Source: an uncultured virus (IMG/VR IMGVR_UViG_2061766007_004178)
Taxonomy: Duplodnaviria; Heunggongvirae; Uroviricota; Caudoviricetes
IMG/VR virus record: IMGVR_UViG_2061766007_004178
Reading direction: 5' to 3' (one strand)
DNA length: 64,000 nucleotides
Of the stretch, positions 32,841-43,252 are shown piece by piece; positions within the stretch are counted from its first letter, which is position 1; every line of letters starts with the position of its first letter. Under the pieces are notes generated by a model, which did no database searches, was not told the DNA's origin, and saw only the letters and a program-made list of their open reading frames with translations. Both the position numbers and the translations under genes were made by a program.

Positions 32841-32898
32841 TGAGGTCTCTCCGTTTCTTCTTCGATATTATAGCGCGTTTCCCGTACTGCGTAAACGG

Positions 32899-33375
32899 CT
32901 AATTCTCTTTTCCCAAGAGCTTCTTGATTCTCTCGAACAATGCCGGGAGCATGGTTTTGTTTATCTTGTTTTCGATGCTCTCGTCTTTGAGCGCGTCGAG
33001 TTTGGCCCTCGCGGTCTGCCAGCTGTATCCATGTCTGAATACTTCCGCGGCTTTCTGCAAGGTATAGAAGGTTTTCATGTAGTCGACGAGCTCATAAATC
33101 TCATCGTCCGTGAGCGGGGTCTCGGCGAAGAAATCTTTGAACTCGTTGAACGCGTTCTGCTTTCCGCTGAGGAAGAGGCTGTCGAAATGCTGATGGGACA
33201 GGATGTCTTTGGCGAGTTTCGGATTCGCGTTGTTGGTGTAGGTCTCGATATAGCCGAAGCCCCAATACCAATCGCAGTCCCAAGTCGGCTCCTCAAGCCA
33301 GTAGTTGGTTCCCTCGGCGTCTCTGCCTAGAAGGTATATGTTCTTGCCGAACGCTTTCGTGGTTTTCTTTTTCAT
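32899..33375 (-). CDS. conserved phage hypothetical protein
   Basis: YWLEEPTWDCDWYWGFGY, all Trp as TGG. Confidence 0.75.
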   Translation of the reverse strand: MKKKTTKAFGKNIYLLGRDAEGTNYWLEEPTWDCDWYWGFGYIETYTNNANPKLAKDILSHQHFDSLFLSGKQNAFNEFKDFFAETPLTDDEIYELVDYMKTFYTLQKAAEVFRHGYSWQTARAKLDALKDESIENKINKTMLPALFERIKKLLGKEN

Positions 33376-33442
33376 GTTCTCTTTCCGTCCTTTCCTTTAT
33401 TATATCAGGAAAGGCCGCCTTCGTAAACGGCCTGTTTTCGTT

Positions 33443-33652
33443 TTATCGCTGCCAACCGTATTCGGCGCAGAGCTCATCGTAGTTCTGCATCCAGTTGGTA
33501 AGAATCTCTCTGGCGAGCTTGATGTCGATGCTGTCGTATTCTGCGAGATATGGGGCGGCTCCGAACATGTTGGTCTCTCCGGATCTCCTAATGGCCTCAA
33601 GAGTCTGATAGTGGGTTTTCCAAGCTGGGTTGATAGGGTTTTTCTTTTCCAT
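33443..33652 (-). CDS. hypothetical protein
   Basis: LEAIRRSGETNMFGAAPYL. Confidence 0.7.
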   Translation of the reverse strand: MEKKNPINPAWKTHYQTLEAIRRSGETNMFGAAPYLAEYDSIDIKLAREILTNWMQNYDELCAEYGWQR

Positions 33653-33738
33653 ATGAGTTTCCTCTCTTCTTTCTGATATAATTATATCGGATTATGATGC
33701 GCGCGTAAACAGAAAACCTCACGATATGGAAAGAGACC

Positions 33739-34281
33739 TCATTCAGAGGTCTCTAAGGCTTTCATCAAAGCGTATCTGTCTTTGTATATGATTTCAAGGA
33801 TGGCGACGTCGCTGCGATTGGCTTCTCTGCACTTCTCGCGGACGAGCTTGTAGATTTCTTTGGCGAATTCGAAATCGCTTTGTTTCTTCTTTTCTTCCTC
33901 GGCGATTTTCTCATCTATCTTGCCTAGCATCTTTTCGAACGGAAGGCCTTGGTACGGTCCGTTGCCCTCGTTCCAGAAATCGGCGCGGCACTCTTTGAAC
34001 GTCCACTTATAGCAGCCGCCTCCGAAATAGCCGCGTTCGAACTTGCCTCTCTGCTTCTTGAAGCTCACTCTGCCGATGACGTGTTTCTTATAGCTGATCG
34101 TGCTTTCGCTGTTCGACCAGTCGTCAAACCGGAAGTCATTCTGGTTGAAGTCAAGCTTCTCGATGAAGTCGTTGAGCACCTTATGCGCCGCGATTGCGAA
34201 ATTGATTTTCGCGTAACCGACGTCCGTGCCGACGAGCGCCTTATTCAAGGCTTCGGCGTATATAGTTGAATTGAATTCCAT
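33739..34281 (-). CDS. hypothetical protein (TGA stop)
   Basis: GGAGG RBS. Confidence 0.7.
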   Translation of the reverse strand: MEFNSTIYAEALNKALVGTDVGYAKINFAIAAHKVLNDFIEKLDFNQNDFRFDDWSNSESTISYKKHVIGRVSFKKQRGKFERGYFGGGCYKWTFKECRADFWNEGNGPYQGLPFEKMLGKIDEKIAEEEKKKQSDFEFAKEIYKLVREKCREANRSDVAILEIIYKDRYALMKALETSE

Positions 34282-34292
34282 GTCAATCCCTC

Positions 34293-34562
34293 CTATTTTG
34301 CCAACTCCAAGAGTTTGGCGTAATCGTCGTCTTGGAAAATCAGGTCGATTTCGTAAGCGACAGACTTATCGCTCTTGTCGATGAGCTTCAAGGTTCCGGA
34401 CTTCTGGCCTAAACAGCTTTCTGACACGTTTTCGAGCTTCCAATCGAACCAGCCGATGAAATAGTTCTGCCAGCCGGGCTCTCCGCAAGCGTCTAAGACT
34501 CTGGCATCGACGTAACGATTTTCGAATAAGAATTGTTTTTGGGCTTTGTTTAATTTCTTCAT
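34293..34562 (-). CDS. hypothetical protein
   Basis: Own promoter. Confidence 0.7.
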   Translation of the reverse strand: MKKLNKAQKQFLFENRYVDARVLDACGEPGWQNYFIGWFDWKLENVSESCLGQKSGTLKLIDKSDKSVAYEIDLIFQDDDYAKLLELAK

Positions 34563-34650
34563 GATAATCGTTCCCTTCTCTTTCTAAGATTATTATATCA
34601 AATTCAAAAAGAAAAGCGAATGGTTTTTCAGGTCATTCGCATATCCGTTT

Positions 34651-35451
34651 CTATTCGATGGGCTCGAACCAAGTCACAGGCTCTTCGACGGACGCGACCA
34701 TGCATTTTTGCTGAACGCTCGCCAACACGGTCTCAAGATTGAGCCTCTTCTGCTTGCTGTCATAAGGGTTAAGAGATTTGCAGAAGACCGACTTATCGGT
34801 GATTTTGTCGATGGCGAGAACGTTGCGGCATTCGTGCTCGTAGCCGATTACCTTAGAATAATCTTTATCGTATCGATTGTACGTATAGATGTCCGCGACG
34901 AACTTAGCCTGCTTAAGACGCTCTAACGTCTCTTGACGTTTGCGCGCTCTCTCATTGGCGGCGATTTCCTCGTCTAAGCGCCTGAGTTCGTTGTTGTATT
35001 TGTCGAACTCGACGTAGAGCGATTTGTCGATGTGCTTTTTGTAGACGTCGATGATAGCGTCGTGGTTGTCCCAAATTGCGGCGAGCAAACGATCGCGTGC
35101 CACTTGGTATCCGTTGGAAAGGTCGTATTCGCCGCAGCATCCTTTGTTGATTTTTATTTTGTCAGAAAGGATGGTGATGTGGAGGTCAGAGCCGAAATCA
35201 GTGGTGTAGCCGTGTTCGTCTGGCTTCGGCAACTTGAATTCGATGTCTCCGCGGAGCCCGTCTCTGTAGAAGTCCGCATAGCCGTCGAAGCGAAGGCTGG
35301 CTTTGATTTCGAATCCGGCCGGAACGCACTTGCTCTGAATGAAGTCTGCGACCGCGTTGACGGTCTCGGTTTCATTGGCTTTGAAAGCCTCGTGCGCCTT
35401 ATCGCGGCGGTATTTGAGTTCTTGGTAAGCGTTCTTCGGGGTTGAGTTCAT
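34651..35451 (-). CDS. hypothetical protein
   Basis: Own promoter and RBS. Confidence 0.75.
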   Translation of the reverse strand: MNSTPKNAYQELKYRRDKAHEAFKANETETVNAVADFIQSKCVPAGFEIKASLRFDGYADFYRDGLRGDIEFKLPKPDEHGYTTDFGSDLHITILSDKIKINKGCCGEYDLSNGYQVARDRLLAAIWDNHDAIIDVYKKHIDKSLYVEFDKYNNELRRLDEEIAANERARKRQETLERLKQAKFVADIYTYNRYDKDYSKVIGYEHECRNVLAIDKITDKSVFCKSLNPYDSKQKRLNLETVLASVQQKCMVASVEEPVTWFEPIE

Positions 35452-35532
35452 ATCGTTTTCCTCTTTTCTATGGCTTTATTATACCAAGGCATGAAGAAAA
35501 AGCGAACGGTTTTTTAGCCGCCCGCTTATTTT

Positions 35533-36213
35533 TTATTGGTAGATGCGCGTATCGAACACGCCTTCGAGGAACGCTCCGATGAATTTGTCGAAGTCCTCTC
35601 TGACGGCTTTTACGCACTTTTTGTCGGATTGGCTGAGCCCGAAGAGGATGTCGATGACTCCTTTGGCTCTGACAACGTCTTTATCGAATTCCTCCTGCCT
35701 GTAGTGGTAGCAGTCTTTCAAGGTGTCGTCATGGCCGAATCTCTCGAAGACCCTAAGCATGTCATTCAGGTCGGTGACGTTGAACGCATGGCTGTAGGCC
35801 GTGCCGCCGAGGATGACCGAGAGCATGTCATATATGTGTTCTTTCGTGAACTCGTTGATGCCAGAGTAAGAGCCGAACACGCGGTTGTAGAGCTTGCCCA
35901 CGAGGTCGTCCTTGAAGCAGATGTCGCATAGCAGCTGATCGCCACCGCCCATCCAGAAGCTGATGTCGAGGTACTGACCCAATGGCATGTATTCCTCTTC
36001 ACCGAGTTTGCCTGCGAGGTACTCATATACCTCTAAGGTCGCCTTCAAGAACATGAGCTTGCGGTTGATTTTGCTCTCATCGAACCCTGAGACGAGCTGG
36101 TCGTACTTTTTCTCTTTCAAAGACGGCAAGTCAGCCTGAAGGCTTTCGAGCGCCTTGATGTCTTCTTTGAGATGGTTTATGTTCTTTTCGTGTCGTTCGT
36201 GTAATTTGTTCAT
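35533..36213 (-). CDS. hypothetical protein
   Basis: AAGGAGG RBS before 36213. Confidence 0.75.
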   Translation of the reverse strand: MNKLHERHEKNINHLKEDIKALESLQADLPSLKEKKYDQLVSGFDESKINRKLMFLKATLEVYEYLAGKLGEEEYMPLGQYLDISFWMGGGDQLLCDICFKDDLVGKLYNRVFGSYSGINEFTKEHIYDMLSVILGGTAYSHAFNVTDLNDMLRVFERFGHDDTLKDCYHYRQEEFDKDVVRAKGVIDILFGLSQSDKKCVKAVREDFDKFIGAFLEGVFDTRIYQ

Positions 36214-36439
36214 ATCCAATCCTCCTTGGTTTGACATCGATATTATAGCATGTCGCATCTGGCTTGTACGCACTAAATTCAAGAGATATAGAAGAAGAGA
36301 ATGCGCGCATCGCGCATGGATCACGCCTATGCGCATGCGAGTCGGTGAAATAAAAAAAAGAAGCTCGGCCAGAAAAGAGAAATCTATGAAAAATGAAGAA
36401 TGTGGCGAGCTTCTATGTATAAGACAGCCTAAGCTGCTC

Positions 36440-36682
36440 TTACCAGTTTGCTTCTGGGACTTTGCAATAAGACTCGTTGAGGAAACCTCTCGAAACCTCT
36501 CCGCGGAGAGCGAGGTTGTTCCTGATCAAGTCTAGCATGAATGCAGGCAATTCCGTGGCGCAGTCGAAAACGAGCTTCTTGTCTTGGATCTTGACGACGA
36601 CGATCTGCTCGGCTCCTTCATGCACGAACTTGACGGTCCATGCGCCGTAGTCTTTGTTTCTTGTAACTGAGACGATGTTCAT
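36440..36682 (-). CDS. hypothetical protein
   Basis: GAGGAGG RBS. Confidence 0.65.
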   Translation of the reverse strand: MNIVSVTRNKDYGAWTVKFVHEGAEQIVVVKIQDKKLVFDCATELPAFMLDLIRNNLALRGEVSRGFLNESYCKVPEANW

Positions 36683-36741
36683 TTGAATACCTCCTCTGAC
36701 CATACCATAACGCATGATAGGGAGTTTGTAAACGATTTTTT

Positions 36742-37470
36742 TTAGAATTTCGAATTCGTGTCGATTCCGGCTCCGGCCTTCTGCTGGACTCCGACGAACG
36801 TACCGTTGCCGCGATAGTCCTTCTCGTAGATCTGCCTGGCCCAAGCGAAGTCGCCGTACGCGTGCACGGTGGCAGCTTCGAGCACTTTGAGCTTGATTTG
36901 CTTGTTGTCGGTATACGAATTCAGGTTGTTTTGGAAAATCTCGACGGCTTTCTTAGTGATAGGCTTCTTGACTTCGAGGATCGCGTCGATCCAGTCTTTG
37001 TAGGCCTCGAGGACCTCTGCATCGGTCTCTGCGAGAGCCGCGAAGAGGTTTATTCTCACAGAATACCTTTTGGCTCTGGCCTGAGCGTCTCTGTCGAGCT
37101 TCGCGGTCTTCTGCATCTGCCTGATCGCGTCGATGTCGTCCTCTACGAGGTACGATGCCACTTTCGATGCGTCGATGGCCACCCAAATCGGATCGTTTTC
37201 GCGCCAGTCGAGTATGCCGAGCCTCTTCAGCGCGGCGTCTATCTCCATCTGCTCTTCCAGGCTCAGAGTGGTCCTCTTGAAGATGTAGTCTCTGTCGAGC
37301 TCGAAGTATCCTTCGTTCTCTAAGAGCTCGTCTTTCTTTTTGTTCACGACCCTAGAATACACGTTGAGCAATTCGGCCATGTAGACGGCCGCTTTGAGCC
37401 CTAAGAGGTTCGCGAACTTAAGGTTGATGGGGAGCATGCAGTATGGGCTGAGAGCGTCTAGCCATGCCAT
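36742..37470 (-). CDS. putative winged-helix replication initiator/organiser
   Basis: LLGLKAAVYMAELL..GYF..TTLSLEEQ..LKRLGIL resembles phage replication wHTH proteins. Confidence 0.55.
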   Translation of the reverse strand: MAWLDALSPYCMLPINLKFANLLGLKAAVYMAELLNVYSRVVNKKKDELLENEGYFELDRDYIFKRTTLSLEEQMEIDAALKRLGILDWRENDPIWVAIDASKVASYLVEDDIDAIRQMQKTAKLDRDAQARAKRYSVRINLFAALAETDAEVLEAYKDWIDAILEVKKPITKKAVEIFQNNLNSYTDNKQIKLKVLEAATVHAYGDFAWARQIYEKDYRGNGTFVGVQQKAGAGIDTNSKF

Positions 37471-37472
37471 GA

Positions 37473-38365
37473 TTAGAGCACCTCCGCCATGATAGGCTTG
37501 GCCTGCTTGAGGCTGGCCCTCATCTCTTTGTAGAGCTTTTGGGAGTTAGCGCGCTTCANNNNNNNNNNNNNNNGGCCTTGAGATGCTTCGGCGCGATGGA
37601 ATAGCTTGAAGCGAAATACTCAGCGTAATCTTCCGGTATGCTGCTGAGCATCTGAACCGCTTTGTACGGCCAGAACTCGTGGGAATACTGCGTGTATTTG
37701 TGAAGCTTTCCGTCGGTTCCTTCGCATCTGACGGTCTTCTTATCAGTCTTGGCGGTGTCGCCGAACGCTATGATGTCGAGTATGATGGCCTGGACGATCT
37801 TGTTTTTGTCGATGAAATGCTGAATGACGTCTTTGGCCACTGACGCGCCGTCTGAGTGCTTGACTTCCGATGCGACGTCCTTATCGAAGAGCCTGTCTTC
37901 GTATGAGGTCTCCTCTCCGTCGTTGCCTACTGGGTTAGAGAGCGAATCGACGTTGTAGTTCGCCGCGCTCTGGTCTAAGTTGAACTCATAGTAATGGCGG
38001 GCAAGGATGGTGCTGAGGCACTGATTGATGCACTGCTGGGCGTTGACGTTCGGATCGATCTGCCATTTTCTGTATTTGCAGGCCAATTCGATGGCTTCGA
38101 AAACCCAGTCGATGAAATCGTTTTCCTCGTAGCCGATGTTGACGCACTTGGCGGAGAAGTTCTTCACTTTGTCCCAATGCCTGACTAACAAAGCGCCGAT
38201 GTAGAGGTCTTTCATCTCCTCGTCGCCTTTGTCTTTGGCCTCGCAGTAGCCGTCAAGCATGCGTCTGATGGTCTCTTTGTACGGCTTGGCATCGTATTTG
38301 ATCCCGGTTTTCTGAAGCAAAAGGTCGGCTTTCTTCTTGAAAAGCGCGAAATATGGATTTGTCAA
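37473..38365 (-). CDS. putative phage RNA polymerase sigma-like factor
   Basis: Region-2-like DFIDWVFEAIELACKY and region-3-like DSLSNPVG; TTG start with AGGAGG; continues past the gap to TAA at 37473. Confidence 0.45.
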
Positions 38366-38435
38366 GTGCGTACCTCCTTATAGTCGAAAAAACCAAATTG
38401 CGTGAATTTGGCTTGAAATTGATGACGTCGGTCGG

Positions 38436-38750
38436 CTAGTCGTGGAAATGATAGCTGACTTTTCTGATGAACTTGTTTTCGTTCGCCTCGCGCCTGGCTT
38501 CTGCCATAGACTCGACCGTGAGCTCGCCGCGATATACTTTGGCCGCGAGGTTGGCTGAGAGCCTGATGAGCTTGTCGGCTTTGCCGTCGCTAGTAGGCCT
38601 TTCGAAGATGTAGTAGTAGGACTGATGGCCTGGGTTCTTGGAGAACATGCCATGTCTGGTCTTTCTGGCTTGCACGCGGCTGATGCCGACGTAGGTGCAA
38701 ACCCAGCCGTTGTCGAAGGATTTGTTAAGGTATTTAGATGTTCGTTTCAT
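38436..38750 (-). CDS. hypothetical protein
   Basis: AGGAGG RBS, own promoter. Confidence 0.7.
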   Translation of the reverse strand: MKRTSKYLNKSFDNGWVCTYVGISRVQARKTRHGMFSKNPGHQSYYYIFERPTSDGKADKLIRLSANLAAKVYRGELTVESMAEARREANENKFIRKVSYHFHD

Positions 38751-38808
38751 GAACGCCCTCCTGTATATGGGTATAGCCTTATTATATTATACGGCATTCC
38801 CTTGCGCA

Positions 38809-39150
38809 TTAAAGCGCTTTTTTGAGATCTTTTTCGTATTTCGGGTTGATGACGCGCTCGACGTAAAGCGAGCCTTGGTTCTCTTCGTAGCCGTCTTCGA
38901 ATTTGACGACCTCTTCGACTTCGACGCCTACGTAGGCGACGCCGTCATCGAAGTATTGCGAGAGCTCGAGCGGATCGTTGACGAGGCTTTCGGCGCGTTT
39001 CTTCGACGCATCGTAGTCGGCGGATTCGCTGATGAAATCGCTGCTGATGATATTATCGTCTTCGTCGTATTTGAAGACACACACCTGAAACACAGGCTGG
39101 TCGGATTCGAAATCCTCGATTGAATTCGGATCGATTTCGATTTCTTTCAT
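38809..39150 (-). CDS. hypothetical acidic protein
   Basis: AGGAG RBS. Confidence 0.7.
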   Translation of the reverse strand: MKEIEIDPNSIEDFESDQPVFQVCVFKYDEDDNIISSDFISESADYDASKKRAESLVNDPLELSQYFDDGVAYVGVEVEEVVKFEDGYEENQGSLYVERVINPKYEKDLKKAL

Positions 39151-39163
39151 CTCGATTTCCTCC

Positions 39164-39487
39164 TTATGGCTTTTCGAAACGCACGTCGGAAAGCACTTTG
39201 AGGACGCTCGCCTTAGAGAGCTTCTCGATGTTGGTTTCGGCTTTCTTTATTCTGTTTAGGACGAATTTCTCATGGCAGGTTCTGTAAAGCTCTTCTGCGT
39301 GTTGCTTTTCTTTCTGCCAATTCGAAGTCTCGATCTTGATGAAGTTCTTCGCGGTCGCTTCGGCTTCGAAGCTGTTGTCGAGCACCGTAGCTAAGTCGTC
39401 TGGTTTCCTCCAGACGCCGGCATGCTTGTATCTGTAATATTCGCCGTCTTCTGAGACGATGGCGAATCTGAAGCTTCCATTTTCCAT
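39164..39487 (-). CDS. hypothetical protein
   Basis: Own promoter and RBS. Confidence 0.7.
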   Translation of the reverse strand: MENGSFRFAIVSEDGEYYRYKHAGVWRKPDDLATVLDNSFEAEATAKNFIKIETSNWQKEKQHAEELYRTCHEKFVLNRIKKAETNIEKLSKASVLKVLSDVRFEKP

Positions 39488-39558
39488 GTCTGCATCTTCC
39501 TCCTACTGATATTATGGCATGATATAAACGCCTTGTAAACGTTTTTTGCTGATCGAAA

Positions 39559-40167
39559 TTACTCGACTTCTTTGTAGCGATAGACTTTTTCGTATCCGTC
39601 GTCTTCTAAAACGACGGTATCATCGACGTTGACTCCTAAGAATTCACAGATGCTCTTTTTGCCGTTCCATGCGACTTCATGCGGCACATATGCGGTGTTA
39701 GACCAGTCATCTTCGTCGAAGTTCTCTGGGTCGACGTCCTCGAATACCTGATATTCGTTGTACTTACCCATGTAATAGGCTTCGAACAGCTTCAAGCGTT
39801 CTTGAGTGATTTCAGAAGGCACATAATAAGCGGTTTGCCAGTCGCCTTGGCTGTATCCTCTGAACGTGACCTCTTCCCAGTCCTTGCCGGTAAGCTTTTT
39901 GAGTTCTTCGAGTTTGTCGTAATCGTATTCGATAGGCTCGTCTGTACCGGGCTTGTTGTCCTCATCGCAATAGTCGCCTTTGACGACGGCGATCAAAGTT
40001 TTATCGCCGTATTCTGAGAAATTGCGATTGCCGCAAACGATAAGCTGCTTGGCGGTAGTTTCAGTTGCATAGTATTCATCGACGAAAGGACAGCTGTAAA
40101 CGTTTTCATCGGGAACCTTCTTGATCACGGTTTTTAAAACGTTCTTGCTTTCATTATTCTTTTTCAT
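39559..40167 (-). CDS. hypothetical protein
   Basis: RGYSQGDWQ motif; own promoter. Confidence 0.7.
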   Translation of the reverse strand: MKKNNESKNVLKTVIKKVPDENVYSCPFVDEYYATETTAKQLIVCGNRNFSEYGDKTLIAVVKGDYCDEDNKPGTDEPIEYDYDKLEELKKLTGKDWEEVTFRGYSQGDWQTAYYVPSEITQERLKLFEAYYMGKYNEYQVFEDVDPENFDEDDWSNTAYVPHEVAWNGKKSICEFLGVNVDDTVVLEDDGYEKVYRYKEVE

Positions 40168-40257
40168 GAGCGATTCCTCTCTTTCTCTCTTGACAATATT
40201 ATAGCACGCGCAAAAGAAAAAGCGAATGGTTTTTTGGTCCATTCGCGAATTATTGCG

Positions 40258-40596
40258 TCAATAGCGGCAGCGCCACCAGAGATCGATGCCGGCATCGGTC
40301 GCATAGTAGTAACTGCGCCTGCCGTCTGTGTATCTCTCGAGCAAGCCCGCCCTGACCATGTCCCTGAGCATCGGCGTGTATGGTTTGTCGACGCCCGGAT
40401 AGATTTCCTTGATGGTGCGAGGACGCGATGCGCAAGTGCCTAAGATCTTGACGTAGCGTCTGTTCGGAGTAGGCTTAGAGAACTTCGTGGTGGTCTCTCT
40501 GTAGTTCTTGATGTGATAGAAAGCCTCGACGAATGTCGGCTCCATCGGATAGGGAGTCAATCCCAACTGGTCCATCTGATCCATGTTTTCGTACAT
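40258..40596 (-). CDS. putative winged-helix protein (TGA stop)
   Basis: TIKEIY..LRDMVRAGLLER..YYATDAG. Confidence 0.6.
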   Translation of the reverse strand: MYENMDQMDQLGLTPYPMEPTFVEAFYHIKNYRETTTKFSKPTPNRRYVKILGTCASRPRTIKEIYPGVDKPYTPMLRDMVRAGLLERYTDGRRSYYYATDAGIDLWWRCRY

Positions 40597-40608
40597 ATGC
40601 TGGCCTCC

Positions 40609-40962
40609 TTAAGCCATAGCGGCTGGCGAGATATGCTCGATCTCGACGCCGATAGTCAATTCGACCACTGAGAAGCGGATGAGCCTGACGGTCTGATTGT
40701 CGTCGTTTCTGACAAGCGAAAGGTGCCAGGATTCGTCTTCTTCGAAAGTCTTGTCGAAATGGTATGTTCTCTCGAAGGCCTCTTTGCCCATGCTTCTGAT
40801 GTATTCGAGGGTGATGTCAGTCTCGAAATGCGGAATGAGCGTGTTGTGGATGTGAGCGCAAGCCTCGACTTCGGTCGGGAATGCGGCCTCGACAAGGCCG
40901 AACTCAGTTTTGCCGATGTCGGCGGCAGTCAGATTGACGTGGTTGATTAGGTACATTTTCAT
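40609..40962 (-). CDS. hypothetical protein
   Basis: Own promoter. Confidence 0.7.
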   Translation of the reverse strand: MKMYLINHVNLTAADIGKTEFGLVEAAFPTEVEACAHIHNTLIPHFETDITLEYIRSMGKEAFERTYHFDKTFEEDESWHLSLVRNDDNQTVRLIRFSVVELTIGVEIEHISPAAMA

Positions 40963-41045
40963 AGTGCTTCCTCTCTTTCTTCTATATGTATTATAGTCTG
41001 GATAAAGAAAAAAGTAAATACTTTTCGCATTTACTTTTTTGTCAA

Positions 41046-41387
41046 TCAGTCTTTGAAAGCGTAACTGACCGCGATTTCGACGGCTTTGATCTGCGTTTTC
41101 TCAAGCTTTTCTAGCCCCTCGCGGGATTCCGCAAGCAAGCGTTCAAGGTTCGGAAGCGCGCTTTGCTCGAAGAATTCATGGGTGCCGGCTTTTACGCGCT
41201 TGACCCAATCTTCGTACTGCTCGACGCTCTCTTTGCGCGTTTTTATCGACTTACGCAAAATCTTTTTGGCGCTTTCCTGGCTCTTGTATTGAGTGGCGTA
41301 TGGGAAGACTTCTTGGAAGAATTCGTCTTCAGACATCTTAGCGACTTCCGGCGTGACGATCACGTAAACTATTTTGTATTCGGTCAT
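41046..41387 (-). CDS. hypothetical protein (TGA stop)
   Basis: ORF with RBS. Confidence 0.7.
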   Translation of the reverse strand: MTEYKIVYVIVTPEVAKMSEDEFFQEVFPYATQYKSQESAKKILRKSIKTRKESVEQYEDWVKRVKAGTHEFFEQSALPNLERLLAESREGLEKLEKTQIKAVEIAVSYAFKD

Positions 41388-41408
41388 AGCTTGTTTCCTT
41401 TCACGCGC

Positions 41409-41858
41409 TTATTTGCGGTCGAATTCCGCCTTGAAGAACTTTTTGACCGTGTCGACGATGAACGCGGACGCTCTTTGCTGTTCATTGTAACTGAAATGAG
41501 TGTTGAACGTGAACTGTTCTTTCTCAGGATCGATGACCTCTTTGCTGACATAGTTGTTATAAGCCTTCCCGTCGAACATTCCGTTGTGCGGGTGCTCCGT
41601 CTGGCAGATGACCATGATGCTGTCGCTGTTTCTGCATTCGCAAGCGAAAATGTGAAGTTCACCTTCGGTTCTGTTTTCGTTGTCCCAGTCGATTGAATCG
41701 ACGTGCAAGCAAAAACCTTGCTCTCTGCAATTATAGAACGTCTCTAACCAGCCGTCGATCTTGACGTTGAATTCTGTCTGTTCGCAATCGAGTTCGTCGC
41801 AGACCGGCCCTAACACCGCCTCGCTGACTCTGATCGTATTCGTCTTTCTGAATCCCAT
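41409..41858 (-). CDS. hypothetical protein
   Basis: FYNCREQG, ECRNSDSI. Confidence 0.7.
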   Translation of the reverse strand: MGFRKTNTIRVSEAVLGPVCDELDCEQTEFNVKIDGWLETFYNCREQGFCLHVDSIDWDNENRTEGELHIFACECRNSDSIMVICQTEHPHNGMFDGKAYNNYVSKEVIDPEKEQFTFNTHFSYNEQQRASAFIVDTVKKFFKAEFDRK

Positions 41859-41935
41859 TGATGAATGCCTCCGCTTTCTTTCTACGGATATTATAACATG
41901 AAAAGGGGTTTCTGTAAACCCCTTTGCGATGAATT

Positions 41936-42295
41936 TTAGTCGTCTTCCCAGACGATTCGCTTATAGCCTAAGCCTTCGCTGTCGGTGCCGGCGTCTTCGA
42001 TGCGCGCCCTCGACATGGAATCGATCTGCTCTGCGATGAGCTCGTCGAGCCTGCTTTCGGTAATACTGCCGTCATGGAGGCTGGCACCCGGTTTGGTAAA
42101 TGGCTTAAGATACTCATTGTACTTATAGCCGCCTTTCTTGACGCCGTAGACTCCATCGTAGCAAAGGATCGAATCGATCATGCTTCTGCAATCGAGTTCG
42201 GCTTCGAGGTCCGCGTCTTCGTCGGACCAGTTGTCATTCGAGCCGTATTTCATTTTGAGCGCGTTTTTCGCGGCTTCTTGCTGTTTGCCTGTCAT
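41936..42295 (-). CDS. hypothetical protein
   Basis: Own promoter. Confidence 0.7.
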   Translation of the reverse strand: MTGKQQEAAKNALKMKYGSNDNWSDEDADLEAELDCRSMIDSILCYDGVYGVKKGGYKYNEYLKPFTKPGASLHDGSITESRLDELIAEQIDSMSRARIEDAGTDSEGLGYKRIVWEDD

Positions 42296-42362
42296 ATCCA
42301 GTGCCTCTTTTCTGATATTATTATGACGTAAAAAACCGCTTTTGTAAGCGGTTTATTTGCGT

Positions 42363-42677
42363 TTATTCTTTCGGCTGTCTGTGCCTGACTACGGACACTC
42401 TGCCGTGCTTGATGTCGCTGTTGAGCTTGAGCAATGCCTTGAGCTCATCGAACGTTCCGCAGAACTCTTTTCCGTTGCAATCGCGATAGCAGGATGAACC
42501 TTCATTGGTTCCGATGCTGATTCGAAGTTGCTCTTTTCCGTTCTCGTCTTCGACGTACTCGTTGCTGACGATCACGCTGCCGTCATAGGATTGGGCCGCG
42601 CAGGTGACTCCGTCTCTTCCGCCGCGGGCAGTGCGCTCTCCGCGCATTCCCCAACATGTTGCATAAGTAGCTGACAT
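42363..42677 (-). CDS. hypothetical protein
   Basis: GGAGG RBS. Confidence 0.7.
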   Translation of the reverse strand: MSATYATCWGMRGERTARGGRDGVTCAAQSYDGSVIVSNEYVEDENGKEQLRISIGTNEGSSCYRDCNGKEFCGTFDELKALLKLNSDIKHGRVSVVRHRQPKE

Positions 42678-42785
42678 TTTGTTTACCTCCGTTTTTTATA
42701 GCGGTCGCCATTCCGCTTTTCTTGATTATATTATAACGAAAAAAGACGCCGTTGTAAGCGTCTTTTTAAATTATTTTAATAATTT

Positions 42786-43250
42786 TTATTCGGCTTTGAT
42801 AATGTCGTATTTGAAGTTGACGACCCGAACGCCGTTGGCTCTCTCTGAGATCGCGTCGCTGAGTTCTTTGTATAAGTCGTCTTTTTCGCAGGTGACGATA
42901 ATCTCAATGTCCTGAGGCAACTGCCCTTCGTATTCTTTGATGGCGGCGTCGACGCTGTCTTGATCGTCCCAGTCGATCGGCGCGAGGTTCGCTATTTCCT
43001 CGTTGCCCAAATCGAATTCGTTGGCTTTGTATTCGATGTCATGGCATCTGACGGTGTACCTGGCTTCGGCCGCCGTGACTTTCGGCTCGTCCAAGAGTTT
43101 GCCGCCGTATGCGTGATCCTCATCTAATGCTTTGGCTGGGTTCTCGTTGAGGCTGGTCTCTAATTTAACGATCGCCTCTTCGGCATTCTCGGCCTCGACT
43201 TCGATGTCGTTGTAGTTGACGCGGGCTACGCCTGATAGTTTGAATTTCAT
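42786..43250 (-). CDS. hypothetical acidic protein
   Basis: ORF. Confidence 0.7.
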   Translation of the reverse strand: MKFKLSGVARVNYNDIEVEAENAEEAIVKLETSLNENPAKALDEDHAYGGKLLDEPKVTAAEARYTVRCHDIEYKANEFDLGNEEIANLAPIDWDDQDSVDAAIKEYEGQLPQDIEIIVTCEKDDLYKELSDAISERANGVRVVNFKYDIIKAE

Positions 43251-43252
43251 GC

